Origin: Stegostoma tigrinum
Lineage: Eukaryota
Direction of reading: 5' to 3'
Assembly: GCF_030684315.1 (NCBI RefSeq)
Contig: NC_081360.1
Span: forward strand, 28,503,818-28,567,817
Length of the DNA stretch: 64,000 nucleotides
The position numbers and the translations under genes are program-made. The notes under the pieces are model-generated. The model saw only the letters and a list, made by a program, of their open reading frames with translations, ran no database searches and had not been told where the DNA came from. Within the stretch, counting starts at the first letter, position 1; each line of letters opens with the position of its first letter. Shown here piece by piece: positions 26,586 to 39,365 of this stretch.

Positions 26586-26945
26586 GGGTCGCATGGTGGT
26601 TCAGTGGTTAGCGCTGCTACCACACGGTGCCAGGGACCCGGGTTTGATTCCAGCTTTGGGCAACTGTCTGGGTGGAATTTGCACATTCTCCCCATGTCTG
26701 CATGAATTTCCACAAGGTCTTCAGTTTCCTCCCACAGTCCAAGCATCTGCAGGTTAGCTGGATTAACCATGCTAAAAATTACCCAGTAGTGTTCAGAGAT
26801 GTGCAAGTAAGGTGGGTTGATTGTGGCAAAAATAAACATTCAGGGTTATGGGAATGGGGTAGGCCTGGGTGGGATGCTTTTTGAACGGTTAGTGATGACT
26901 CAATGGGCCAAATGGCCTCTTCCTGTACTGTAGTATTTCTGTGTT
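26586..26945 (+). mobile_element. tRNA-derived V-SINE (HE1-like)
   Basis: A box TGGTTCAGTGG, B box GGTTTGATTCC, V domain TTTGCACATTCTCCCC..TTTCCTCCCACAGTCCAA, CR1-like 3' tail. Confidence 0.85.
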
Positions 26946-27379
26946 TCTAATGGTAATGCAAATAGTCATGACAGATTTATTACCTATGATGGGTACGTGA
27001 GTGAATTACTTTCCAGATGGGAGCATTCACTGGGGAGATGCAAGGATTGTGGGAGGTGCCGGAGCAAACATTATCAGATTAAGTATTCAGAACGATGTCC
27101 AGGGCTTAACAGGATGGGATAAGCTTGTCATGAACCAAGCACTTCATGTAATTTTATTCCTTGAATTTGGCTTTGAGAATGCAATATTTTCGATAAAATA
27201 TTGAAGAAAGCTACTTATTATCTTATGCATAATATAATCTATAAATGAGCCAAGAATTATGATTCTTGACTCGAATTACATTAGAATCTGTGTTGCTATA
27301 TAACCCTCCATTGCCGATCCTTGAGTTTATCATTAGCTTCCACCTTGAGTTAGTTAAAGCTTATTGTTTTCCTCTACAG

Positions 27380-27478
27380 CTTCACAACAAATGTGCCTCA
27401 CATGTCAAGCCTGAATGTGATGGTGGCCAACTAAAAGACCACATTTTACTTCCCTCCTACATATGCCCTGTAGTTCTG
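27380..27478 (+). CDS. DGKG: Diacylglycerol kinase exon, C1b second half and extension
   Basis: Polypyrimidine tract+CAG|CTT...CTG|GTAAGA; 99 nt; [33 protein letters not shown]; in frame with previous exon. Confidence 0.93.
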
Positions 27479-27639
27479 GTAAGACATTTACCATTTAGAT
27501 TTTCTTGAAGAACGTCTGAGTATTTTAAGTGTAATTTTGCTTTACCTTCGTTTGAATTAAGCTTCTTGAATTCTTGTGTATAATTAACGTTGATTCGATT
27601 GAAATATTCAGATATCAGTGGGCAGTTTCTTACTTCAGC

Positions 27640-29610
27640 AGGGAACAAAGACATGCAGGTGCAAAAGCAGACTATCGATTAAATTGGCCAGATTTGGACA
27701 AGCAGCAGATAGTCTAAAAAAATTGGAGTTCAACAGGAAGCTAACCAGAATATAAAAGCAGATGGTGAGAGTTTCTGTCAATATGTAAAAGCTAAATAGC
27801 AAAGATTTTACAAAGTGGGAATTGATACTGTAGAAAGTGAGTCTGGAAAATTAACAGTGAAAAATAAGGTGATGGCAGGTGAATTGAACAGGCAGTCTGC
27901 TTCTATTTTCACTATACATTAGGGAAGTAACGTCTCAGCAACTATATAAATCAGGAAATAGAAGGAAAGGATGAATTCAGGAAAATTATGATCATCAGAG
28001 AAATGATACTGAATAAATTGTCGAGACTGCGGGCAGACTAGAGGACATAAATTTAAGGTGAGGAGCCAATAATTTAGAGGAGATATGAGAGAGGATTTGT
28101 TTTCACCAAGAATGTGGAATATATGGAATGTGCTGCCTTAGAGGGTGGTGGAGGCAAATACACTTGCAGCATTCGGAAAGTATGTGGATGCATGCTTAAA
28201 ATGTCAGGCCATAGTATGTAATGGACCAGCACAGGTAAATGGAGTTAATGTAGTTTTTTGTTAGTTGGTCAGCATGGATGTGCTGGACTGAAGGGTCTGT
28301 TTCTGTGCTGTTTGACTCTGCAACACATGCCCAGGTCCTAATGGACTCCAAATTAGGCTCTTGAAAGGCAATCAGGCCGAGTCAACTTGGTTTTGTGAGG
28401 GGAAATTATGGTTGACCAACCAGTTGGAGTTATCTGATAAGTGAATAAAGAGGAGTTAATCAGTACATTATACCTCAGCTTCCAAAGGCACTTGATAAAG
28501 TGTGACATCAAAAACATTAGTGGAAAGTTCAAGATTGTGCTGTGGCGTTTAGTATATTGGCATTGATAGAAGATTAACTTGCTAAGAGGAAGCAGGCTTA
28601 AATGGATCTTTCTCAGGCTAACAAGATGTAAGAAGTGGTGAGCCACAGGGATCAGAGCTGGGACTTCAGCTGCTATTAATTTATAACATGACTTGGATGA
28701 GGGGCAGAAGGTATAGTTGCCAAATTTGCCAACATCACAAGGAAAAATAAGGAAGTGCGCTATGAAAGGGGCAAAGGCATCTAGGAAAAGATGTAGAGAG
28801 TTAAATGAGTTGGCAAAATTCCAGCAAATGCGGTAAATTTGTAGGAAAATGAGCAATTGTTCATTTTTGGCAAAAGAATTACAGAGGGATATGGTGTCCT
28901 CGTACATGCATCATGAAAAATGTCAATTTATAGGTATAGTAAATGATTAGGACAGCTGATAGAATGTTATCATTTATTGCAAGGGGAATTGAATATAAAA
29001 GTAGTGAATATTACTTCAGTTTTACAGGGCACTGGTGAAACCACAACTGGAGAATTAGAGTACAATATTGATCGAAAACAAAGTTTCTGGAAAAGCTCAG
29101 CAGGTCTGGCAGCATCTGTGAAGGAGAAAACAGAGTTAACGTTTCGGGTCCGGTGACCCTTCCAATATTGATCACTTTATTTAAGGAAGATATAAACTCA
29201 ATGGAAGTTGTTTGGAGAAGGATTATCAGATTAATAATTGGAATGAATGGGCTGCCTTATGAGGAAAGGTTGAGCCAACAAAGCTGATATGCGCTGAAAC
29301 TGAGAGTAAAAATTTGCTTGATCAAAACATGCAAAATCCTGACAGACTAGATGGTGTGAGAACCTTTCCTTTTATGGTGAAACCTGGAGGCACCTTTTAA
29401 AGGGCTGCCCATTTAAAACACAGATTTTCTTTTCTTTCTCAGAAGGCCATGAATCTTTGGGAAATCCTTTCCTCATGAGATAGTAGAAACAGAGTTTCTG
29501 AATATTTTTAAGGGAGAGATGTATAGGTCCTTGTGAAGCAAGCAGGTAAAAGGTTACCAGGGTGGGCAGGAATTTGAATTTGAAGTTGCAATCAGATCAG
29601 ACATGATCTT
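27640..29610 (+). mobile_element. Degraded CR1 ORF2 with nested CR1 3' end (~28040-28320) and PLE insertion
   Basis: Decayed linker, RT and C-terminal motifs, many stops. Confidence 0.7.
29074..29162 (-). mobile_element. Second-family PLE terminal repeat truncated within the hammerhead
   Basis: ..GTTAACGTTTCGGGTCCGGTGACCCTTCC; TSD CAATATTGATC at 29063-29073 and 29163-29173. Confidence 0.85.
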
Positions 29611-29780
29611 CTAAAAAATTTGTTTCTGTCACTCAGGATTTTCACAGAATACAAGATGTCATTTATTTTTTCATTTCTGTCTTCTTAGTGCTTTGTGTTG
29701 TTAGAAATAAATTAGTTAATTAATCATCATATCTTCCTTTTAAACACTATATATTTCTTCCTGTGTATTTGTTTTTCGAA

Positions 29781-30010
29781 CAAACACAGAATGCTAGTGA
29801 AATTCAGCAGGTCTGGCATCATCCATGGAGAGAGAAACAGAGTTAATGCTTCAGGTCCGATATGACTCATCTTCAGACGATAAAAAGTCTTAGTGAACTC
29901 GCACCGTTACCTCTGTTTCTCTGTCCATGGATGTTGCTGGGCCTGCTGCGTTTCACCATTATTCTAAATTTGTTTCAGATTTCCAGCATTTGCAGTACTT
30001 GGCTTATATT
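29781..30010. mobile_element. Old PLE terminal-repeat hairpin (second-family related)
   Basis: Arms CAGCAGG..CATCCATGGA.AGAGAAACAGAG / CTCTGTTTCTCT.TCCATGGATG..CCTGCTG. Confidence 0.7.
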
Positions 30011-30475
30011 TGATTTCAGTTTAAGGTACAGTTTGGGTATTGCAGATAAATATGTATCTTGCCAAAAAACGACTCTTAAAAGTATAGAGTCTGTGGACAG
30101 GTTTGAATATTTTTGGCACTCTACAATAGATCTGTCTCAATTGCTTTATTTTGATCTATAGATCTCCAATAGTGCATTATTCAAGTAAATGGAGAAAACT
30201 GGCAAGAGCAGACCTTTTGCAAAGATGATAAAGCTATGTTTGATAAAAACCAGAAGAATTTGAAACATGTATCTTAAAAGTGGCAGGGATGATTGAACAG
30301 TTTACACATTCTGAAGTTTAAACTACAGACTGGAATGAAACAATTTTCTGCAAAATTCTAAATAAATGATCTTAATTCATTCTCGTACCACAAATGCCTA
30401 AAAAGTTCCAGGACATTTGCCTGGTGTGTCCAGCAAAATGTAGAGATGCTAGAACTGGACATGTTTAATTTTTCT

Positions 30476-30734
30476 AAGATAATAAAATGTGAGGCTGGAT
30501 GAACACAGCAGGCCCAGCAGCATCTCAGGAGCACAAAAGCTGACGTTTCGGGCCTAGACCCTTCATCTAGGCCCAAAACGTCAGCTTTTGTGCTCCTGAG
30601 ATGCTGCTGAGGATGAAGGGTCTAGGCCCGAAACGTCAGCTTTTGTGCTCCTGAGATGATGCTGGGCCTGCTGTGTTCATCCAGCCTCACATTTTATTAT
30701 CTTGAATTCACCAGCATCTGCAGTTCCCATTATC
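30476..30734. mobile_element. Young PLE terminal-repeat hairpin next to a DGK exon acceptor
   Basis: Near-perfect ~90-nt inverted arms plus a third partial copy in the loop; exact 17-bp TSD ACATGTTTAATTTTTCT at 30459-30475 and 30735-30751. Confidence 0.92.
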
Positions 30735-30772
30735 ACATGTTTAATTTTTCTGGTTGGTTTTCTGTTTTGAAG

Positions 30773-30889
30773 GATAGACAGCCCAATCAGAAAAAGGCTG
30801 AAAGTGATTCACTGACAACGACAAGTTCGGATGATAACAATCAAGCTTTTAAGCACAACTCGACAACAATAGATGGCCAAGGACTACAG
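30773..30889 (+). CDS. DGKG: Diacylglycerol kinase exon, C1-catalytic linker
   Basis: TTTTGAAG|GAT...CAG|GTATGT; 117 nt; DRQPNQKKAESDSLTTTSSDDNNQAFKHNSTTIDGQGLQ; ends in the DGQGLQ motif of type I DGKs. Confidence 0.88.
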
Positions 30890-31309
30890 GTATGTTGAAA
30901 AATCAAAATATTTAACTACCAATGATCCCCATGTATTGATTTGAAATACAAAGCAATTAATGTTTCTGTGACTGCTTGTGCAAGTGGGTTTGGACCTTTG
31001 AAATAGACTGCATGGCTTTGCATATGTTTAAATACTTAACTGACTGATAATAAAAGGAAAGAACAAAACTGGAACAAAGCTAACACTGATAGGTTAGGCA
31101 GGCTTACTCCCCAGTACTGCACAACTCCTAATGACCAGCAAATCCAATCACTCCGTTTGTCTTCCCTCCCTTCTGTTTTCCTCAACTTTTCCACTTTTAA
31201 AATGTATTTAGAAAATGCAAATCCCCAGAGCCAGTGATAACTTTCTCATTGTCTGAGTTTGAAGTATGTAGTCTTACCCCTTAGCCTGTAGAAGGGCGAA
31301 TTTTATTCA

Positions 31310-31630
31310 GTTATGTGAAATGGACATTGCTGGCTATGTATCTGCATTTATTGCCCACCCCTCATAGCCCTTGAGAAGATGGCAGTGAGCAACCTTCTTG
31401 AACTGCTGCAGCCCATTTGGTGTGGGTGCATCCACATTACCATCAGAGAGGGAGGTCAGGATTTTGCCCAGCAAAGAACAGCGATACATTTCTAAGTCAG
31501 GATGGTGAGTGGCACATAGGGTAACTTGTACATGATGGTGTTCACATGTATCTATTGCCCTTGTCCTTCTCTATGGTAGTGGTCGTGCATTTACAAGGTC
31601 CCATCTGAGAAGATCAAGTGAATTTCCACA
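31310..31630 (-). mobile_element. LINE 3' end (non-CR1-tail family)
   Basis: CATTTATTGCCC..CCCTTGAGAAG..CCTTCTTGAACTGCTGCA also at 35640 and 43190. Confidence 0.65.
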
Positions 31631-32079
31631 AATGGTGTGCTTTACATCTCCTCCGTTTTGTGCAACATTGTTTGTTTCTCTCCACAAATACATTAGGGGT
31701 TTCCCCTGAGGCTGCACTGGAAGAGTTTGGCCGCGTAGGAGTCTGGTTTGAGGAAAATGGTTCACCACCTTCCCCGTTGTACCCATCAGTGCCATGAAAG
31801 TGAAGTATTATGCTCCCCCACCAGACTGAATTCCAAGAGGAAAACTGAGGACTCTGAAAGAGTCCCCTTGCAGAATCCCATAATCATCCCCAATCTCTCT
31901 CTTCACCACCCAATCCTCTCTCTAACAATCACTGGTCCCAATATTGAGTACTTCATTGATCTTAGGTCAATAGTGTGTGCCCTGCAAACCATACGTCATA
32001 GTGTTGCAGGCTTGTTGGCCGCCAAGAAAAATTTCATTCCTTCCAGTGAAATACAGTGTACTGTCAGGGGTGAGGAACT

Positions 32080-33480
32080 GACTGGAATCTTTCATTAGGA
32101 ATGCAGTGAGTGAATGCTAGAACATGGGATGGCTGTCTACAGATTTGTGAAGTGAGGATCAGCCCTGGATATATTAGTTGAATTTTCAAGAGGTCACTAG
32201 CCTGATGGACAATGGAATATATGGGGATGTTGTCTTTGTGGACTTCCACGCAGCATTAGTAAACATTCCACAGAAGGATGTTAGGAAAAAAAGTTAAAAA
32301 GCACCTGATGAAAGTAACCTTGTGACATGAGTTGGTGTTTGGCTGATAGATGAAAGTGAAGAGTAAACATAAAGGAAATGTACACTGGCATTATGTGAGA
32401 GAGATAATGGGAACTGCAGATGCTGGAGAATTCGAGATAACAAAGTGTGGAGCTGGATGAACACAGCAGGTTGTGCTCCTAAGATGCTGCTTGGCCTGCT
32501 GTGTTCATCCAGCTCCACACTTTGTTACTGGTAGTATGCGTTGTTGCCAAGGGATCTATAGCAGTACATTATACTGATATTAATGCCTTGGATAAATTAT
32601 TTAAAATTGGTCAGTCCAAGTTCCCATAAAGTTAGTACATTTAGCACATTGTATGGGTAGGAACAGGAAATTACTAACTGTCAGTGGGAAAACTGTGACA
32701 GATAATGTTCAACATGAAGTGAAAGATCATCCACATTTGACAGCAATTTTGAATTACAGTGGAAATCTGTGAAGAGGGAAAGGGATTTGGGTGTCCAAAT
32801 CAATAAAGCACTGTATAGCTGCAAAGGATAATCCAAAAGACTAAGGGAATATTGACTTTTATCTGGGAGGCCTGGAAAAGAAAGAGAAGAGCTTGATGGT
32901 TATATTGTACGAAGCATTAGTTAGATACATTCAGTATATTGTAGTCAGTTTTAGGAGCTCCAGGAGAGATACATTGACCTTAGAGTACACAGAGACACCA
33001 GAATGAAGACTGGAAGATTTTAGATAACCAGGATAGGTTGCATGGTGTAAAGGAAGTGTTACAAATGGCATAACACATACATATCAATGTTTAAGTACCT
33101 TTACATATTCTTTAGAGACTTTATTCAACAAAAATTGTTCATTCTGGTCTGAAACTTCTGTTTGACACAGCATTAACAACCCATTGGGGATAGCATTTTA
33201 ATTTCCAGTATACGTTGTGAATATCTTGGCCTAAATTTAAAATATTGCTCCTTGTTCGAGACTCATGCAAACCAACACACAAGTCTCTCAGAGGGATGCT
33301 GAGCAAGCGGAGGAAATTGGGCTGGTTCCTACTCCATGATTTACACACAAGATTGAACCATACCAGATTAAGCAAGATGTGCCATGCAGTGGACAGATAA
33401 AACTGATGTTGTGATTCATGTCAGCTACAATCTCATTGAATTTTGGAGCAGGTTTATGGGGCTGAATGACTTAGCACTAC
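32080..33480 (+). mobile_element. Highly degraded CR1 RT and 3' end
   Basis: Decayed SCL.NL.EFF.EVT..D motif. Confidence 0.55.
32398..32526. mobile_element. PLE terminal-repeat hairpin lacking the ribozyme core
   Basis: Perfect arm TAACAAAGTGTGGAGCTGGATGAACACAGCAGG and its reverse complement; degenerate TSD ACTGGCATTATGTG / ACTGGTAGTATGCG. Confidence 0.85.
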
Positions 33481-33541
33481 TCCTACAGAGATAAAATAAA
33501 ACACTGACTTCTTGCCTCCGTCATCAACCTTCTTCTTAAAT

Positions 33542-33597
33542 GTGCTCCTGAGATGTTGCTTGGCCTGCTGTGTTCATCCAGCCTCACATTTTATTAT
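33542..33597 (+). mobile_element. Single-arm PLE terminal-repeat insertion
   Basis: TSD CTTCTTCTTAAAT at 33529-33541 and 33598-33610. Confidence 0.85.
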
Positions 33598-34369
33598 CTT
33601 CTTCTTAAATCTGTCTTCTCCACATTCCCTTTACCAAATTTAAGAAGCTTGTGAACTTCTTCAGCTACTCTTACACGCTCTACATCCCTGCTCAGAAATC
33701 ATCCCACCAAAGAGATCCACTTATGCACCAATGATCACAGTTCCAGTAAGCTGCTGATCACTTGGGTGTCCTTCCTGACCATCATTCCAGTGAGCTGAAT
33801 TGGTAAATGTCTAATCTGGTATTCTCCCTCTCCTTGTAAACAGTCATTACCACGTTCCTCCTTAAAGAAGAAACCTACTCTTAACCCCACTAGCCTCCCA
33901 ATCATGTTTCACTTTCTGCCATATCACTGAACTGACCCCAACCAACATCAAAAATTTCATACTAACTGAATGTGTTGCATTATTTATCCTTACCCTGTAT
34001 GGCTTGCCTGCAGTTTTGACATATTGACTACATCATCCTCGGCCAAAACTTCTCCACAGCTATCCATTTCAATGGTACTACTCTTTCTTTGCTCTGCTGT
34101 TAACTACCTGACCGAAGGCAAGATATCTCTAGCAACTGTTTACCACACCATTTGAAGTCCCCAGAGTATCCATTTATGAGTCCCTTCCTCTAACCTATCT
34201 ACATTCTGGTCCATTGTGTTTTGGGTTAAGTTGAAGGGGAAACTTTGGAAATATACTTCACAGACCCACTTGGTGAACAGAGCCTTCAGCAACAAACAAA
34301 TATATGGAACAAATCAGGAAGAGAGCAGCTAGTCCATCCATCCAGTCTTGCAATAAACCTGACGTATGA

Positions 34370-34806
34370 GAAGAGATGACTAGGCTGGGATTGTTTTCGC
34401 TAGAGTTCAGACAAATGAGGGGGGCTTTCATAGAAACTTTTAAAATTTTAATAGGACTACACAGGATAGGTGCAGGGAGGATATTCCCGATGGTGGGTGT
34501 GTCCAGAAACCAGGGTTCACAGTATGAGGATTCCGGATAGATAATTTAGGACAGAGATGAGGAGATGGTTCTTCACCCAAAGAATGGTGAGCCTTTGGAA
34601 TCCATTACCACAGGAAGTAGTTGGTGCCAAAACATTAAATGTATTCAAGACGCGACTAGATACAGCACTTGGGGTGAATGGGATCAGAGGTTATGGGGAA
34701 AAAGCAGGATTAGGCTATTGAGTTGGACAATCAGCCGTGATAGTGAGGAAAAGTAGAGCAGGCTCAAAGGGTCGATTAGCCGCCTCCTGCACCTGTCTTC
34801 TATGTT
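34370..34806 (+). mobile_element. CR1 3' end
   Basis: RLGLFSLEFRQMRG.FIETFKIL motif and CR1 3' UTR. Confidence 0.75.
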
Positions 34807-35634
34807 TCGCTGTCTCAAAGCAAAATTTAATAGAAAACAGTAGCACTGCAGTTGACAATGACAAATTTTTGACAAAAAAAAGCTCAACTAAAAGTTAGGG
34901 AAACAAATGATGATCTGTGATCAGGAAGTGCATGCCCTGCAGAAATTATGTTCACTTTTGGTGTCACCTCAGTCACTCGTTTTCAGACACTTTGTCAGTA
35001 ATGTTAGGTACACATACTCCAAGCACTGTAACTAAAATTTAACTTCCATGACAAAAAATATGCACTTAATGTTAAGTGAAATAGTTCATGTAAAATGGCA
35101 ATTACTATGTGCCTTTTTGGCATGGTATAGTTTGTAGTTTTGTCAACCTTCTATCCTGCAAAGGTAGAATGTCTCATTCAAACAATTTAACATTTGTTTT
35201 TACTGTAATGAAAAGATGCACCTGTAGTGAAAATGCGCTGCATGCATGTACAGTGTATAAACAACATTTCCACATTAGACATCTAAAATAATCTCTATTC
35301 CAATTATAAGCAGGGCAAAAGCATTGACTGTTTTATGTGTGGTTGTGCAATGCGCATAGATAATTATAAGGTTATTAAATATAGGTTGACAAACCAGTGA
35401 AAACAGATTGCAATGAAAAAATTCATGAGGCAGTTATATTTAGAAGTTTTTCATGCCTGTTTTGATGGCCTATATATATCTTGAGCAAACACTTTTAACA
35501 TATACCTGAGGCTTTCAAATGGTTGATTTGCATGAGTGAATTTTATTTATCTTATTCAAAAGCAATAAATAACACAGTTGTGACATAAGTACATTTGAAA
35601 TGAAAAATCTCTGCACTTTTATAAACAATTCACA

Positions 35635-37890
35635 GGAAGTGAATATTGCTGACTGGGCCAACATTTATTGCCCTTGAGAAGGTAGTGGTGACCTCGTTCT
35701 TGAACTGCTGCAATCCATTTATTGTAGGTACACTGCAAATGCACTTTAGAATGGGAATTCCAGGGTTTTGACACCAGGCAGTAAAGGAACAGCAATATAG
35801 TTCCAGTCAGGATGGTGTGTGGTTCAGAGAAGAACTTTCAGAAATTGCTATTCCCATATATCTGCTGCCCTTGTCCATTTAGATCTTGGTGGTTTGGAAG
35901 GTGCCATATGAGGAGTGTGCATGAGTTGTTACAACATATCTTGCTGCCACTATATGATAGTTGTGCAGGCAGCAAATGTTGAAGGTCTGAGATGGGTTAG
36001 CAACCAAGCAGGGTCCTGGTGTTCAAGCTTCGTCAGTATTGCTGGAACTGGACTCATGTAGGCAATTTGGAAATATTCCATCACATTCCAGGGGTGTGCT
36101 TTATAGATAATGGACGGGCTTTCAGGAGTTAGGAGATGGGTTACTTTTTGCAGGATTCCTCGACTTCAACCTGATGTAGGTACTGTAATAATTTGGCTAG
36201 CTCAGTTCAGTTTCTGGTTGATGGTAACACCCATGATGTTGAAGGGGTGGGGACCTTGAGTAATGGTAATGCCTCCAAATGTCAAAGTACAATGGATAGA
36301 TTCCCTCTTGTTGGAGATGATTTTTGCCGGTCACCTGTGTAGCATGAATGTTCCTTGTCATTTATGTTATGCAAATCTTGCTGTATTTGAACACAGACTG
36401 CTTCAGAGTCTCAGGAGTCTTGGATGGCCCTAAACGGTGTGCAGTTACCAATGATCATGACCAGTTCTGACTTTTATGATGGAGGGGATGCGATTAATGA
36501 AGCTGAAGACATTTGGGCTTGGGACCCCATTGTAGGTTTATAGGAATGATACCTGGACTTAAGAGGTCAAATTATGAAGAGTGCATGTACAAATTAGGCC
36601 TGTTTTCTTCAGAATTTTGAAGGCTGAGGGGTGATCTGATTGGAATCTTCAAGATATTAACAAGAAAAGACAGTAGCTAAAGATAAACTATTTCCACTGT
36701 TTAGGGATCCTAGAACAAGGGGGCATATTCTGAGATTTAGGGCCAGACAATTCAGGAGATATGTTCGGAAGCATTTCTACACATAAAGGGTAACGTATGT
36801 TTGGAATTCTCTTGCACAAATGGCTGTAAATGCTGGATCAGTTCTTCATTTTACATTTTTGCTAAGCAAAGATATTAAGGGATACGTGCTAAGGGCTACC
36901 GTATGGAGTTGGGCCACGCAGCAGCCAGGATCTCATTGAATGCTGGAACAGGCTCAAGGGCTGAATGGTCTATTACTGTTCCAATGTTCTTGTGATTTCC
37001 TGTTGTTGAGATGACTGACGTCCAACAATCATGTGTGTCTTTATTTGTGCAAGGTATGTCTCCAACCAGCAGAAAGTGTTCCACTAATTCCCATTGACCC
37101 TAGTTTGTCTCGGTGTCCTTGTGCCATTGTTAGTCAAATGCAGCCTTGATGTTAAGGACCGCCACACTCACTCCCCACCCCAGACTTGATTTCAGCATCA
37201 AGGATATAATGAGGTAAGTGCCAAGTGACCCTGGCAGAATCCAAACTGCCTGTAAGCAGGTTATTATTGAGCAAGTGCTGCTTGATAGCTCTGCCAATGA
37301 CAACTTTTGTTGCTTTAATTCTGATTGAATGTAAGTTTAAGGGGAGTAATTGGCTGGCCAGCAATTGTCTTGCATTCTGTGGACATACGTGGGCAATTTT
37401 CTGTTTTGCTGGGTAGATGCCAATGTTCTAACTAAATTGGAAAATCTTGGCTAGCAGCCTGGCTAGTTCTAAATCACGTGTTATCAGTACTATTTGCAGG
37501 AATGGTGTAAAATCCATACTCTTTGCAGTATTCGGCACCTCCAGCCATTTCTTGATATCACTTGCAGTAAATTGAATTGGATGAAGCTGACATCCATGAT
37601 GCTGAGGACCTCAGGAGGATGCCAAGATGGACCATCAACTCAACACTTCTGCTGAAAATAGATGCAAAATGCTTTTCCTTTTCACTGACGTACTGTGGTC
37701 ACTGCCCCTGTCCTCATCAATCCTGGTTGAATATGGGTACATTTGTTTAAATACTTTCAGAATTTGGTAGGGCAGCAGAGCTATGATCTGACCCAATGGC
37801 TGTAGATTGCTTAGCTTTATCTGTCACATGCTGCTTTTGCTGCTCAGTTGCCCCGCGTCGTGCCGTCAGCACGTTGGCACCTCATTTATT
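35635..37890 (-). mobile_element. Degraded LINE (non-CR1-tail family) with a + strand CR1 3' end nested at ~36530-36990
   Basis: Collinear decayed ORF2 (37152-37364 AIKQHLLNNNLLT); nested part reads LGLFSSEF.RLRGDLI. Confidence 0.65.
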
Positions 37891-38534
37891 GTGTAATACA
37901 TAAGGCAGCAAGTAATATATTGGGTAATTTGCTCTACTATTTACACTTTCATTATTCAAACAGTAGAAGTGCAACTGTTAGAAAACTACAGACGTTATTC
38001 ATCTTCTGTCCACCTAGAGGACGTTCATGATTTACTCATGACTTTTATAGAACTTTTATAGGAGTTTGGAACAAGTCCCTCATTCTACTTTTCATCATTG
38101 TTTCAGCTTATTGGTTGCATTAATAAATTTGTTAATATTTTGACCCAGAACAGAACTGCCCTCCTAGTCAGAAAATTGTAGCAGCATGGTCACACTAAGA
38201 TATAACTTGTGCTGGCTTTCTGATGTACATGAGCATCTTACTACATTGTTGAAGTTGTTCTTACCAGAACATTAACCTGCTTCTGCTGGTTTAGGTGCAG
38301 CGCAGTCAATAATTTGAAGAAAATTTGGGAGTTCTTCCAATGCTCTGAGATCAATGCCTTAATCGGTTACTAAAATCTGATTGTGTAACTTCATACTATG
38401 TAGGTGATCCTGTCTTGCACACAATAACTGCCTTATTATTTGCAGTACAGCAATGACTGTTCAAAGTAGTTCATCATAAAGGAAGGAAAAAATGTTTTGT
38501 ATTCCCAACAAGTTCTAAACCTTAAAGAATGAAC

Positions 38535-39365
38535 TGGACAAGCCATTTTACTGGAGCTACACTGGTAGGTCAGAGCCTGGGAATTCTGCAGCAAGTAACT
38601 CACCTGACTCCACAAAGCCAAAGCCTGTTTACCATCTACAAGGCACATGGCAGGAGTATAAGAGAATATTTTATATTTGCCTAAATAAGTATAGCCTTAA
38701 CAACATTCAAGGAGCTCAAGGATAAGGTGACAAAATGTGGAGCTGGATGAACACAACAGGCCAAGCAGCATCTCAGGAGCACAAAAGCTGACGTTTCAGG
38801 CCTAGACCCTTCTTCAGAGAGGCCTAGGCCTGAACGTCAGCTTTTGTGCTCCTGAGATGCTACTTGGCCTGCTGTGTTCATCCGGCTTCACACTTTGTTA
38901 TCTTGGATTCTCCAGCAGCTGCAGTTTCCATTATCAAGGATAAGGTGACCTGTTTGATTAGTACCCATCTGATACCTTCAACATTAATTCCCTCCACGAC
39001 CAACACAGTGGCTGCAATGTGTACTGTATACAAATATGCACTGCAGCATCTCAAACAGGCCCCTCTGACAGCGTGCTTCCAAATCTGTGACCTTGAACAC
39101 CAAAAGGACAAAATCAGCAGATTCCTGGAAAGACCACCATCTGCAAGTTCCCTTTCAGGCCCACAGGACCTTGTCATGGAATTTTATTGCTATTCCTATA
39201 GTATCAATGGTCTAAAGACCTGGAGGTTTCCATCTAACAGTATTATAGGTGTACCTGCACAAAATGGATTGCAATGATTCATTACTGCCACCTCCTTAGA
39301 GGTGATTAGGGCTAAGCATTTAATGCTGGCTTAGCCAGTTGTGCCCACATTCATGAATTAATAAA
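38535..39365 (+). mobile_element. LINE 3' end, split by a PLE hairpin
   Basis: GQSLGIL..TIYKA motif; 3' end GCCCACATTCATGAATTAATAAAA. Confidence 0.65.
38732..38935. mobile_element. PLE terminal-repeat hairpin insertion
   Basis: TSD TCAAGGATAAGGTGAC at 38716-38731 and 38934-38949; near-intact hammerhead on - strand 38790-38817. Confidence 0.9.

Noticed and set aside
26586-26660. tRNA-like sequence
   Set aside because: Head of a V-SINE; no complete cloverleaf.
30358-30898. Recurrent small ORFs such as MLLGLLCSSS.. and LLRCCLACCVHPASHF.. (also 465, 21777, 32294, 38846, 54910)
   Set aside because: Translations of the PLE terminal repeat in various frames, not a protein family; only 30773-30889 is a real exon.
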